55,139 nt of DNA, from positions 1 through 55,139 of the forward strand of contig JABANN010000187.1 of assembly GCA_013115125.1 (NCBI GenBank). Reading direction: 5' to 3'. Below the pieces are notes generated by a model. It ran no database searches, was not told the origin of the DNA, and saw only the letters and a program-made list of their open reading frames with translations. A program made the position numbers and the translations under genes. Origin of the DNA: Perkinsus olseni. Taxonomy: Eukaryota. Positions 11,305-24,127 of the stretch are shown piece after piece (within the stretch, counting starts at the first letter, position 1; every line of letters begins with the position of its first letter).

Positions 11305-14300
11305 TTACTGCTCGCTGCAATGTATTTTACGTGTCAGAGTGAGGTCCGGATACCGAATCCTGAAGCCACCGATCAGTCGCTCCGGAAGCTCATCCTAAAA
11401 TCGACAAAATCGATCACCAGGGCGTGCGCGTTCATTCACCCACATCACACTGGCCCTCTATCACGAAGCCCACATCAATGACCAGCTTCTTGGCGGCTCC
11501 CACGACCTGAAAGATCCCGGTTCACTGCACAAGAAGCCCCAACCGGTCACTCACCAGTGACAGCGTGTGCTTGGCAGCGACGCTCGAGAAGACGTCAATC
11601 GATGCTTCCACACAGCGGACTCCCGAGTGATGCTCCGTCACCAACTTCCTGCCGATGATTGTAGGTGTTTGGCCCACCGCCTGACCACCAACACCATCTC
11701 TAACGCCTCTTTTCGAGCAACTTCCAGCAGTGAGTGACCGAAATAGAATTTTCAAATATTCGCGGGCAACCCCGGCAGCTTCGGCTGTACCCCGGTCTTC
11801 TATGAGGAATCTCCCGCATAATACAGTACGCGCAGTCCAAAGAGCCCGTTCGGTGTCACCGGTACAACTTTTTATCTACAGCTCCGATTGTGGACCTCAA
11901 ATTTTTTACTATCGTATTGGGTGAATCGTATGTAGTCTTCCCATGAAATGAGCTCTCCAGAAGGACGGCAGACCGCGTCATCATCCTCGGCGGCGCGAGA
12001 CTGATCGTCTCACCTTCTTGACCAGCCACGGGCCCTCCACCACGCGAGGGATGACTTTTAGCTTGGAGTTCCTGTCAGCATCGTTCAACTGTATATACCG
12101 TCGGAAGGCCACGGCGTATGGCTGAACGGGAAAACATGTCTCACAAGGATTCGAACCCGGGCTCGAGGAACACTGGCGGGCCGTCTTCCCCACTGCACCA
12201 ACCTCGTCCGATGTGAAGAGAGCGCCATTCAGATCCACTGAGTACGTCACAGCGAGCTGCAGTGGGAACATACGCCAGTTGATGATAAAGAAGAATCTAA
12301 CAGAGGAAGCAACAACTCCCGACAGGCACGATGAGTGCCATTCTCGTCGGTAGGAAGCGCATACTTCATAGGATAAAACAGCAGAGGGACGAACAAATAC
12401 GAAGGAATCTTGACCTCGAGGACGCACTTCACGGAAGAGGTCGCGAAGAATCTTTACCAGCGAGGCCGACCAAAGACTCTTCTGTAACCGAATGATACTC
12501 AGTCGGAGACGCTTCACCACGAGAAGGGTTGCCACACCCCCAGAGTACCTCTCAGGATTCTGCTTCCACAACCAATGAGCAACACAGCGTGGCTCCTCAA
12601 CAGCGCATCGGACCTCGGAGTCGGTGTAAAACAGATCGAATGATTCTAAGGGAATACACTAACGTCACTGCAGTGAAGAGGGCGCCGCCCTTACCGAGCT
12701 TCATGATGGCACCCTCGCTCGGCTGCTTCAGACGATCGACCAAGTACGTACCACCTCGCACGTTCATCGTGCTGCAGTCGATGGGGCCCCTACAAAGAAA
12801 GGAAGATGCACTGAAGAAAATGTGGTAGGAGGAAATTCTACGCATGCCGCGAGTCAACCTAAGATACCATCTTCGCTGAGGCCATCTGCTTACCAGGTAT
12901 TCTCAGCCGTTTCATCGTCGCTCTGCTGTGGTCCTTCCTTACAACCGAGAACGTCTTCGACTTTGACAGCTTCTCCTGCCATCTTGGGTGATGATAGCGA
13001 GGCATCCTTATCTGAGCGTTTACGCTACATCCCCATTAGCAGCCGAAAATTCACCGCAGAATCTTCAATAACCACTACGGAGTCACGGAATGGCTGCACT
13101 AGATAAGTCCTGTTGATAATGCTTGCAGCCTCATTAGTACGAATATCAAGAATAACTGCTGAGGTTCTTATAAAGGTAGCATAACTATTAATAAGAGTAA
13201 TAATAGTCTAATATCCTAATTGTCATTGTGTAGTATGAGTGTATATAAACAACATTAAGACCCCTAGTTATAGTACGTATATCAAGAGTAACTGCCGAGG
13301 TTGCGGTGCTTCTCATTCAGGAGCATCCCTACAAAGTGTGTTGGCCGCCACGCCATGACAGAGTAAACTCCCCCCGGCTGCATTTTTCGTCAAAACACTG
13401 ATGAGCTTACTACCCTTGCTGCTGTCGCCGCCACTTCTCAGACGGAGACGTCGGAACTTCTCCGCCTCCCCATCAGACTCTTCTCCCTCCGATGCAGAAT
13501 AATACTGGTCCACGTCCAGCTCCAACTCCGCCCCTGCGCACAAACGCCATACCACTCCTTCACCAAATCCTAATTAATGCTCACCCAGCGGGGGGAACTC
13601 AACCGGCTGTACTTCCTCCTCTTCATCATCCAGCGCAGCGCCGGCCGCTAACCCCTCCGAGGGAGCGGCGGTGGGCTTTGATGGTTTAACACCTACTTGA
13701 AGAGTCCTCAGAGTTATTACAATCTGCCGCTTCCAAAAATTCAAGCGATTTCTATCATGAAGCACATGGATTATCTTAACAAAATCATCTAAAAACCCTC
13801 ACTGGAGCTCACCACGATTATTAGCTCGACAGACGAGCACGTTGCCTTTGTGAGACCTACAACAATCATGTACTGTCCAAGCAATGGTTGCGGAACATAT
13901 CCGGGAGTTAACTTGTACAACTTCGAGAGTTGGGGAGGGCTCAAGTGTTGATAGTAAGTCCTGCCTCATGACCGCTAGTCTAGTACTCTACTTGATAAAA
14001 ATCGTATCAATTTTTATGATGCTAATCAGCATTAAAACCCACAAACGCTTCCCATCCCTTCACCTTCATCTCGGGCGGCAGCTGCCATTGACGACGAGGA
14101 AGAAGCCTTCCGGTGGACCCAGTGAGCATGGACCAGCGAACTCGACAGAAACTCGGTCACATCCTCCCTGAAAACTCGACACATGCGCACCCAGACGCGT
14201 ACCAAAATTCCACCGAGAGCCCTTCAAAGACACTTCCTCGAACGCCGATACCACACCTCTCGGAACTCCGCGACTGCCGCCCACCTTCTGAGGAAAGTAG

Positions 14301-15063
14301 TAATCCAATCGACCGTATCGCTGACCCTTCGATCAGCTAGAGTCGACCATCCGCCCAGAAGGCTGCCAGAACGACTCCTCTGGGCTACATCACCATCTCC
14401 TGACTTGCTATGACCTCGATGAGATGCCTTATTACCTACCCGAAAAACATAGGCTATCCCTACCGACGACCGAACCTCTCGGGAACCGACGCTAAAGGCC
14501 ACAACCCAAGAAAGAAAGTGAAACCCTTGACGCGTAAGCTAGATGGCGGCAAGAGGGAGAGCTCATGATGACTCCCGTCATCCAACCCTTGGAATCGATT
14601 TTCATTCCGCGCCTTCCTTGCACGACAATGACACGCTCTAACCGTTCCTTAGCGCTCCTTACTCGCCTTCGCTGAGGAAGCACCCAGGGTCGCGGCAGCA
14701 GCAGCAGAGCGAATGATGACAACGGTCTCCAATACAGTCGGGAATACTCCTCTGCACCTGATAGGAGAAAATGATCGACGAAGTAACTAGGGAAGGTAAG
14801 GGACGGCGTTGAAAGCTCCCCAGCGAGTACGATACGGAAGTTATGCTCGCACGACTTGTGCAAAACAACCGATGATTCACGAGAAATGTGGTATTAAGCA
14901 GCCTGTAAGGAAGAAAGTGCAACCAAAATGCCGACTGAGACGGCATAGTGGTCTCATTTTTCACGCCGCATGCTGATTCCCGTTTACGTTGCCAATACTC
15001 GGCAATGATCAAGTGAGCAGCTGGAATGGACAGCAGCGCCGCTGCAGCAGCGGAATACCACAC
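11305..15063 (-). CDS. DUF1336 / EDR2 C-terminal-like domain protein, copy 2 (core 11305-12981; upstream exons tentative)
   Basis: Exons VRGGTYLVDRLKQPS, RNSKLKVIPRVVEGPWLVKK, AVGQTPTIIGRKLVTEHH...EASIDVFSS, VVGAAKKLVIDVGFVIEGQCD and DELPERLIGGFRIRYPDLTLTRKIHCSEQ*. Intron positions match copy 1. Confidence 0.78.
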
Positions 15064-15239
15064 CTCCAGCTAATCGTATCATGGCGCTGCCGCCAGTATT
15101 GCCGCACACAGGACACTTCCTCCGAGAAGAAAGCCCAAGCGACGCCAAAGGAATACAGAAACGTATTTGCCCGTTCTGAGGCTACATTGATCTTGCGATA
15201 GCAGCATGCTTCTGTAAAAAGAATATGCAGCCATACGGA

Positions 15240-17760
15240 CGTTATTTACTACCTCTGCAAGACGCTATCAGGGTCAACATCCCCACTCTCCCATCGGGCC
15301 AAAAACTCGGCATTACAAAACGATACAGCCTGAAAGTCATACTATCATCCGTCAGTCGCAGTAGACGGGCTGAGGTCACCTTGTAGACAGCTTCCCCACC
15401 CAGGAAACGGTACAGCGGCGCCAAGTGGATCCTTATCAACCTCATACCGCGCTGTTGCTTAGCCTGAAGAAAAATATAATTCTCTCCCAGACGGAATGCT
15501 TAGACGAACAAAATCAGACATTCTGCCGTTCCTTTGGGCATCGCAAAGAAAGGAAGTTCAAGGCAGATAACCTTTCACAAGTTCCAGTGTATTTGAGTAA
15601 CTTCATGGCAATCATGTCTATTCGGCATCGGCATTCACACCAACTACCCGTCGCGTGTCAATGACACAACATACGCGTCGTCTCTCCGACCAACGACCCT
15701 CTTAGCCCGTCCAAGATACTACTTTATCTTTCTCCGCCCGTACAAGATACTGCTGCTGCACCCAAGGGGAGAAGGACATTATAACCTCGTCAAGTATCTT
15801 CTCCAACCTCAACGCTTGTTGGGTCGCCCGAGCATTGTCGCCAGAGCTCACTAAGACAATCACTCTTCCTTTATACGTTTATTCATACATGTCAATTTAC
15901 TAATACCACATTTCCCCCTACACTCGCTGGAACGGCGACAACTAGGAGCACTTCCTGACGGACGGCGGCCCGCCATTGGACTCTTCCCCTGCCCTTACAA
16001 GCTCGTTGCACGTACGGCATCGACTCTTCAACTTGCAGCTTCGCCCAGCTTACTAGGAACTTCAACCGTTTCAAACCTGAGCACTTCAAACTTGGCGCTG
16101 ATGCCACCGCGAGGCCCTATTCCGCTGACAACAGTTGGTGTTCCAATACACCACCACTACGACACTGCCATAACCTAGCCGATCGAAAGCCGATCGAAAT
16201 AGTAGCAAATCGATAGTGCGGTTGGTGGTTGATCGAACAACACAGAGAGAGTGGTGAGCGCCCTGGGACAGTAGCAGACTTACTTGGTCGCCCGCCGGAC
16301 AGCATACCCTCCACTTCGCTAACCTTCCCTGACATCAACTCCTTACAACCAGGACCACTAACTACCGCGGCCCGACTATATTACCGGAATGTCCTCGAGA
16401 GCTCCCCTTGCTGCCGTCACTGCCAAACATGGTCTGATTGACATCACCCGAGTGATCACTCGTGCACATATCCCCTTCTGCCTGAGTAACAGTCACTACT
16501 ACTCATTGCCAGCTCTGGTTCTTAGACAACAAGACGAAACGAAAACACCATGAATAGGAGAACGAACGAAAGTTCAGAAAATGCCATTCACCGGGACTGT
16601 CGAGGTGGCCTCGTTAGTCTCTTGGCCATTCACCACCACCACCACCACCACCACCACCACCACCACCATCACCATTCAAGACCGGCGGGATAGCCGCGAA
16701 GCACAGCAAGGGTTCATTATATTACAGCTTTCACTTCCCTCTGCCCCCGATCCCTCATGTACTTCCACGCTGTCCCTGCTCCCACAGCCGCCGCACCGAC
16801 CACCGCTAGAGGAGAAGTAAACACCTGCAGGGGAAATTTCGGAATTCAACCAAGACGGTGACGGGTGAAGGTAGAAGCCAACACAGGGAACCGTCCCTTT
16901 GTCAACGTCATTTACGAGGAAGCGATCCCAAGCGAAGTTGCAACGGAGAGTAGACCAAGCTGACCAGCCTGTAATAACTAGAAGCAACAAGAGACGAATC
17001 CCAAGCTGCCCGGAATACTACAGCAAAGGTGCCCACAGCAGCAGCAACTCCTCCAGTAGCAGCACCAATGTAACCTGCGGATAGAGTCCATCGCCAGCCG
17101 ACATCGAAGACCAAGACCAGTCGTTACTCTTCTGTTTCGTCTCGCTTTTCAGTGAAGCTAAATACTCCTGCTCGTACTCGTCGTCGGGGTCATCCTTCCA
17201 ACTCTTACCTCCTGAAAGCAACGACCAGAACTTCGATAAACAGAAAATCCATTGCGGAAGCAGCTATGGTTCTCATAAAGCGGTTCTCACGAAAGGGAAT
17301 TGTGAATCCTGGGATTCACAAGTAGGGACAACTTAGTCTACTCGAGCATATCAAAGGTTGAAACTAGGAAATCTCAAGCTGAATCCCCTCTCGTTATTAC
17401 TTCCTTTCCGCCGGGCTTTATCTATCTGATACACTATCTCCTTCTCAATACGCTCGTCCCCCTCATCAACTTCCTCCTCAGAATCTGTGCTCTGTCGCTT
17501 CTCTTCGGGGATGTCTTTCGATGATGATGACAATGAATCGCCCGGCATCGTCAAACAAAGCTTCCAACATCAACGTAACCGTCTCGGCACAGCAGACAGG
17601 AAAGCGTCGACCAGGATCCCCCTGATGCTCTGGTCTTCGAGAGTACTTGAAGATCGCTGATGATCAGATCGCCTTCCGATATCAACTCCATCAACACAAC
17701 AATATATAACCAAGATTGACATCATTATCACCATGGTTATTATTATGATAACCCCTACCG
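15240..17760 (-). CDS. Probable multi-exon gene(s) of unknown function; could be further 5' exons of DUF1336 copy 2
   Basis: Several short minus-strand acidic, coding-like segments with GT/AG ends (e.g. DDPDDEYEQEYLASLK, EEKRQSTDSEEEVDEGDERIEKEIVYQIDKARRK). No recognisable domain. Confidence 0.35.
16631..16668. repeat. (CAC)n microsatellite
   Basis: About 12 consecutive cac units. Confidence 0.95.
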
Positions 17761-17815
17761 CCTCTTCAGAACATCGAACAGGCGATAAATAGAATACATC
17801 GATTAACATGACACA

Positions 17816-18841
17816 CTAGTCGAGAGGGTCGAAAGGGTCATCAACATCTACCAAGGGGAGTACAACTTCCCTTCCCAATCCATCAACAGTCTCCTCTCCG
17901 AGATGTATCCTCCACATACCACTGTTAATACAAATGTAAATGTTGTCCACCCGAAGTGGACTTATTTTCATAATCCCCTCCGCCGTTGCCAACTCAGGTG
18001 TCCATATCGACAGCCCATCGGAAGAACTGACGATTGGCGGAGGCCGATGATCAGACCAGCCATACGAAGAGCAATCTTCGCAAACAAGTACACCGGGAAA
18101 TGGAAAGCTGACGAAGGATTTATCAATGAGCGACTCGAACGTAATAGCAACTGATCCTGTGATTCCCTTCTGACCCTCTGCTAAAGTTAGCATACCCTCC
18201 ACCATCACTCTCCCAACCGCAGTTACCGCCTGCTTTCGGAAAGGGCCCTTCACAGGCAGACTGGGGAAGGGCAGGCCAGCAGGCCTTGCAGGCTGGCTCT
18301 CTACCTCTTGACTAGCCTCGGTCCTCGTCTCTTTACGAAGTGAACCCGAAACCCCCGAGAGCGTCCCCAGGCGTGAAGCGTTAACCCAAGTGAGGTTGAG
18401 TGGGCAACGCAGGTCGTAGACTTTCCTATTCTCGGCCATGCGAGCCTCCAGGTACATCGTAAGGGTGTCGTCTTTGATACAGAAGGGGATACGTAATGCT
18501 CGGTCATGGGCCTCGACAGCAGAGCGAGGGAAATAATGATGCCTGTGAATATAAAAGCACCTTCCAGGATCCACTTTAGTTCGGAAAGTCGTCCGACCGT
18601 AAGGCTCAGTCCGGCCTCTCGCAATGGTCCAACTTCTCCCCTCTTGATCGGTGTAGGCGACAGCCGATATTTGCGGAGTAAAGGACAAAGCAACGACGGT
18701 CATATCCGGCCAGCACGGCGTCGTGAGGTGAGAAGCGTGTCCAGCGTAAACGCCCGGGCCCAGGTTTACTCTCGTGGAGGTTGTAGAAGAGAGACTCTCA
18801 CAAACTAACACGATAGACCATAGAAGGCGAAGAATGGTCAT
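17816..18841 (-). CDS. Intronless secreted hypothetical protein (341 aa)
   Basis: Long ATG-started ORF with a hydrophobic N-terminus (MTILRLLWSIVLVCESLS). No recognised domain. Confidence 0.65.
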   Translation of the reverse strand: MTILRLLWSIVLVCESLSSTTSTRVNLGPGVYAGHASHLTTPCWPDMTVVALSFTPQISAVAYTDQEGRSWTIARGRTEPYGRTTFRTKVDPGRCFYIHRHHYFPRSAVEAHDRALRIPFCIKDDTLTMYLEARMAENRKVYDLRCPLNLTWVNASRLGTLSGVSGSLRKETRTEASQEVESQPARPAGLPFPSLPVKGPFRKQAVTAVGRVMVEGMLTLAEGQKGITGSVAITFESLIDKSFVSFPFPGVLVCEDCSSYGWSDHRPPPIVSSSDGLSIWTPELATAEGIMKISPLRVDNIYICINSGMWRIHLGEETVDGLGREVVLPLVDVDDPFDPLD

Positions 18842-18905
18842 GGTAAATTGGCATGGAAACTAACTCATCTGGAACCGCGAATTTCCGGTATTCCGAAATC
18901 GGCAT

Positions 18906-18960
18906 TCGGTTAAACGACGGAGCTATCCCAAGTGAAGGGATAGCTCCGTCGTTAAACCGA
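18906..18960. repeat. Inverted repeat/hairpin, 24-bp stem (1 mismatch), 7-nt loop
   Basis: tcggttaaacgacggagctatccc-aagtgaa-gggatagctccgtcgttaaaccga. Confidence 0.9.
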
Positions 18961-21900
18961 TGGGATTACCAAGTGAAGTTGCAACAGAGGGCAGACCGAT
19001 GTGACCAGCATGTATTCCGGTATTGGGAGGACCAAGTAAGGACGGAGAATTTCCGCTTTTCTGAGATGACCGAGCTACCGTGAGAAGGAGGAGGAGGCAT
19101 GGCGTGCTTAATTAATCGATCCTGAGACTCAGAGTCAACACTAAGGATTTAATCATTCCCGCGACGATTGGTGCACCGCTCAATCGTACACGCGCGCGCC
19201 CCAGTAATCGATAATGCGTTGGTAGATCGTAAAATGTGTCGCTGGGAAGAGTCACCGTCAGTCATGTGGGAAACTCAAAGCTCCAGAAGTTAGTGCGAAT
19301 TAAATCTATCATTCAAGAATGATTAGCTCCAGTCTTTGAGGCTCATAATGAAACGGTCAGCCTTTGTCGACCGGCGACACTATGGATGCTCAGGCGGGCG
19401 AGACTCTCTACAGGTTACGCACCACTGCATGCAAGTTGCGAGGTGATTCAGTACACGAATAAGATGAGGAGGGGCAAGAACAAGACGACTACCAGTAGTA
19501 CTCTACTACTGGTGAGTTTACGTCGACAACGCGACGATGAGCGCATCACCGATTCGGAGGGAGATTGTCAAAGTCAAACGGAGAAGTACAATTTCCAATG
19601 TAATATTTTCGGGCATCTGCTAGCCCTGGGAAAGAGTTGGGGGATCTGGTTGCCTCTCCGGGTTTCGGGAGGGGTTCTCCTATTCCTGGTTTCACCCGAG
19701 GTAACTAACAGTGGTTTTATCAGCCGACTCAGTGACCAGTTCAGTCGAGAAACCAATGGTCGGATTCTCAGAGTACGGTGGAAAACGCTCGTTCAAGGGG
19801 CCGTGCAGTTTATGGAATGCCGATCATGAAACTAGCGGCAATCATACGGGGACGGTCCATGCCGCTGTACGGATTCTTTTACGACAACATAATCTTGAGG
19901 TGGTGAAATGACCCGTATTCAGTGAACTCGTTGGTCTGGAACCGCATTTCACGTGTGGCAATCTTTCTAAGAGCCAATTTTCAGTTCCAGATTCCTGTGT
20001 TGGCCTATGGCCTTTCACAATACTGAAGTAATAACGGTAGAGCCCTGGACGGAGCAATTGAACTGAGACTGACAGATGTAAGCTGAGTTGTGCGTCCCGC
20101 TGTAGATCAAAAGATTCCTCTCCGCGAAGATGCCGAGGAGAGTGTCTTCAGAGTGGGGGATCTTGCCGAGTCCGGTAGGGTCTGTCGGTAGAGCAAAGCC
20201 CTGTCTCCCCACACAAAGATCGGGTGAGCAGGGGTTGCACTCTCCGGCGGACCACAGACCGATCAACATAGTTGGGGGGTAGTTGGAGCATCATTTCTCC
20301 TCTGGTTAGGGAAGGATGCATACTGAATCTTCATTGTCCTAGTGAAGTGCAAAAGCAGGGCTTTGGGAAATCGCGAGGTTGTTGCCAATAGGAGAGTATT
20401 CCCGACTTCAACCGAACTGTGTTTGAAATTCGAGCAACTTGAATCTGTTCTCTTTTGTAAAGGTGCTTTCCTTGATTCCCTCAATAGGATGATCTAAAAA
20501 AGACGCTGATCCCTATCAAGATTTTGTGACGATTGCGTGCCTCTTCCTAGCTAGGTGTAAACAGAAGTGTATATATTCTTAGTTGTATCTTCTTCGTCTC
20601 TCCGAATCATGCCAGAGGTCGATGAGAGTTCTAGTAGTCAACCGGGTGTTCAGCATTCTTAACAAGCATAGTTGAAGATTATAGTAGGAGAGGGTCTTTT
20701 CAGAGTACCTAATTTGAAGGTTTATAAGCGAAGTTTCTGTAGCTCGGTGAATCGCAATAGAATTATCAGAGATCATTTTAACGAGTAAATCCACGGTAAT
20801 ACCGTGACGGTATGTCCACTATAGGTTAGTTATTTAGGCTATTTTGAGGTTATTTATGGCTAGCTGAAATTCTACTGGTGGGTGTAAAATAACGAATAAC
20901 GCTAAAATCGTAGGCGAACTTCGAGTAGCGTGGAGCTCCTGCTATGGAAGGTATTCTCCTATGGTTTTTTTCTTCCTCTTCTGCCATGGTGTGAGGAAAT
21001 GTTGCGCACCATTGGGTGTCTCGCTCCGTGATTCTTCTTGTGACTGTCTCCTCCCTTGCTAGCGTAGCTCACGTTACGTGAGTCACGTATTGCTGTTATT
21101 ACTGTAGTGACAACTCAAGAAGCAGTGTAAACGACAGTTGTTGAGCTGTCTAATCTAACTCCTGGTATTTGTTGTTCCTGCCTGATTGCATGTAGTCACC
21201 GTAAGACGGGGAGAGTGTGAGTTCTGTCACTTTTCTCCTACGCGTACTACTGCACAAGACAGCTCAGTAGAGTGTTGCAATTTGAGACGGGCCTCAAAGA
21301 AAGGTGAGAAGCTGGGCTCGAGGGGAGTTTATCGATGATGACATTGTATTCCGTAATCTATAACGCGAACTCATGCACGCGAGCGCACGGCGCAAGATTA
21401 GGCCAGACGTTCATACGACGGTGATACCAATGGTAATTACAGCGATGGCAGCCTAACAGCTGAGTGGTATTGAGCTTAGTGGCGGCCGTTGCATGGCGTA
21501 TAGTCGTCACCTTGTCGTCGCTATATTGCACTCTCTCGAGGGAGATCCGCTATGCACGCGTACACAAGGCGATCGGCGCATGATGAGTAACAGTATTGGT
21601 TCACTCAACGTCAAATTGTATCAACAGTAGTTGACCCTCATGAGAACAGAGCTGCTTGCCCGGCCCATAGTTTTTTTGAGGGATGCTCGCGGTTGTAGCA
21701 GAGGTTTTGTGAGCAACCGCTGGAGAAGCTGCAGCCTGGTTACAGTACTTGAGCGTTTTCACTGCCTTCCTCTGCTACTACGACTTGTCCTGCGAACGGA
21801 ATCGTGCAAGGTTCGGCAACTGTTGGGGGGCAAGGGCAACTCGACCCTCTATAAGTCGCGGGAGATTCCCAAAATCTCAGGGAAACGTTCAAATTCCAAG

Positions 21901-22199
21901 GAAGCATCTTCGGGGATCTGCTCGCTCTGTCGATTTTCGGGAGGGGTTTCTACTTTCCAGCTCCTGGTTTAACCCGCAATTTACGGTTTTCTCTGTTGCC
22001 TTGCCTGCCTGTTACGCGCGCTTCCTTGCATTTTGGATCTCTCCCTTGGATTTAGGACTTCACCGATTACTCGCTGAGAATTTCCGCTTCCTTGTGATGA
22101 CTGGGCAACCGTGAGGAGACAGAACGTACTTAATAAACCAATTCTGAGACTTACAATCGATTCTGTAACCGCATTATACGCGTGGAACAGGGGGACAGT

Positions 22200-23600
22200 C
22201 TTTTGTGTGCTGCGTGTACTTACATAACACCATACTCACCGCTAGTCGTGTCCTCCCGAAGTTCCCATGATGCAGAGGCTGGGAGTTGCTTGAACAGTGA
22301 GTGGCTCCGCTGTGACCTGTTCGCTGTGACCTTCATCAGTGTCAGGGCCAGCGACCAGGCAGTAGCCCGTGCTTGCTGTTAACTAGTAGCTGGGAGCCAC
22401 CACGGTTCAGACATGAGAGCTGCCCGACTCCGTACCTGGTCTGGGTCGAGTCAGCAGTCTCTAGTATCCAACCTCTACATGTAAGGAGCGAAGGGCTGAG
22501 TCGAGCTCGCATCCGCTATTATGACAGCCGTATCTTCATGAGTGTACCTATTGCTAGCCCCCAACTAGCCATGAGCTTTATTGAGCTACCATGACTTTCT
22601 TGTATTCTTTGCCGCGTACAGGTCCCTCTTGTGCGCTCATAGGCTCTGCGTGGTAACTTCGCCGCTCACGCCGCTCCTCCAGGGTATTACTGCTACCAAG
22701 GAGGATCCTTGGAAGCGATCCTGTTTCGGCCTGGGTGTTTATGTAATTGATGAACAGTCTTCCTCTGGCGATGACGCTCGTTCCCTCAATTGATGGCTAG
22801 GTAGCAACTGATGCATCTCAATATAGTGCAGCTGCTTCGGTTCTCCTGTTTATGATAGGGGGAGGGGAGAACAAAGTCCTCTCCTTCCTGGCGCCTTGTC
22901 TACAGGAGATTAGCTGTGTGCGCGTTTACGAGGAACGATAAGGGTGTGGAGTTGAACCAGTGACGATTCGTGACTGACGAACACTCTTGCTCACTAGTGT
23001 GGGTGAGGTATAGCTCTGCCGATGCGTGATGGCTGTCTTTCCCGGGGATACTGAGTCTTTCCCAGAGTGCAACAACGCTAGTTTTCCCGTCCGGGCTGGC
23101 TTGCTAGCGTTATGCGCCGCGGTCTTCTACCTCTCCTGGAGAGGCTCTCCATGCGAACAACGTGAGTTGTCCATGACCAGGGCATTGACCGGGCTGGGTG
23201 AGCGCTTGGTAGTCGTCAAGTGGTTAACCCAGGACGATTGGTTGTTATTGACAAGCACTCGAATGCTTTCGAGTAACTGGTGGTTTTTTGGTAGCATACA
23301 GCGTCCCGAATAATCCCTCGTGGACGTAAAATGACAGTTCCGTAAAAAGGCGATTCAGTAGCTGATCCTCGGATAGGTCATGCCTGACCATTATACATAT
23401 TGATTTGGCGAGATCGAGACTTATCAAGGACGGCATCTATTTGCATCTTTTCGCTGTGCGTGTGAGTTTATAGTCCAACGCTAGCGGTTCCGGCTTAGTT
23501 AGACTCGAAGCCAGTTGGAGACTTTCTGTTGACATGCAGTGCAACCAGACAGATGGTAAAGAAGCTCTCCTCAATGGTATATTCAACCATAGAACCACTG
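22200..23600 (-). mobile_element. Possible highly decayed non-LTR retrotransposon RT remnant
   Basis: Broken minus-strand frames include SLISLDLAKSICIMVRHDL (compare RT LxSLDxxKAFDxVxH) and, further downstream, ASWGLAIGTLMKI (compare the post-RT WGL motif). No YADD was seen. Confidence 0.25.
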
Positions 23601-24127
23601 GTATTGTATTCAAGCAATGGTAGGGGACCATTTCATCGTTGTGGACTTTGCTGGCTGAGATTAGTCGTTGCGGTGATGTGGGGGCATTGGTGAGCCTCGT
23701 CGGTGGATACTGTATGATTCTCCTAAATGCTTGCCCCGGCACCATCTCCCAACTAGTTGCTCACAAAATCTGAATAATGACCTTGGTATTGTCTCGCTTC
23801 TTTTGTTGCTGTGCTTTTACTCAGTCCAAGTCTAGCGGCGTTAAATATAAAATCTATATAAGTTCGGATTCGGGTTTAATGCACTACGGTTAATATAAAT
23901 TTGAATTCACTACAGTAAGCTCTCCCATGAATGCTTTTTGGTATCCAACATATTATCTTCACCTCGTCTCATCCTTGCTGCTGCACAAACACAATCCTTC
24001 GACCGCCGTGGGTGAGCATCTGATCGTCAATGGCTTTGTGTGCTTCTCGGCCCTGTATGAGTATGGTCGACCCTGTGAGCTCGATCTGGAAGTTCAGTCG
24101 GTCAGTATTTTCCTAAGTTGCTAGTGG

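Noticed and set aside
19950-20500. Possible APE endonuclease relic on - (SAGECNPCSP resembling AGDFN; GHRP resembling SDHxP)
   Set aside because: Motifs are too degenerate, and it lies downstream rather than upstream of the putative RT relic.
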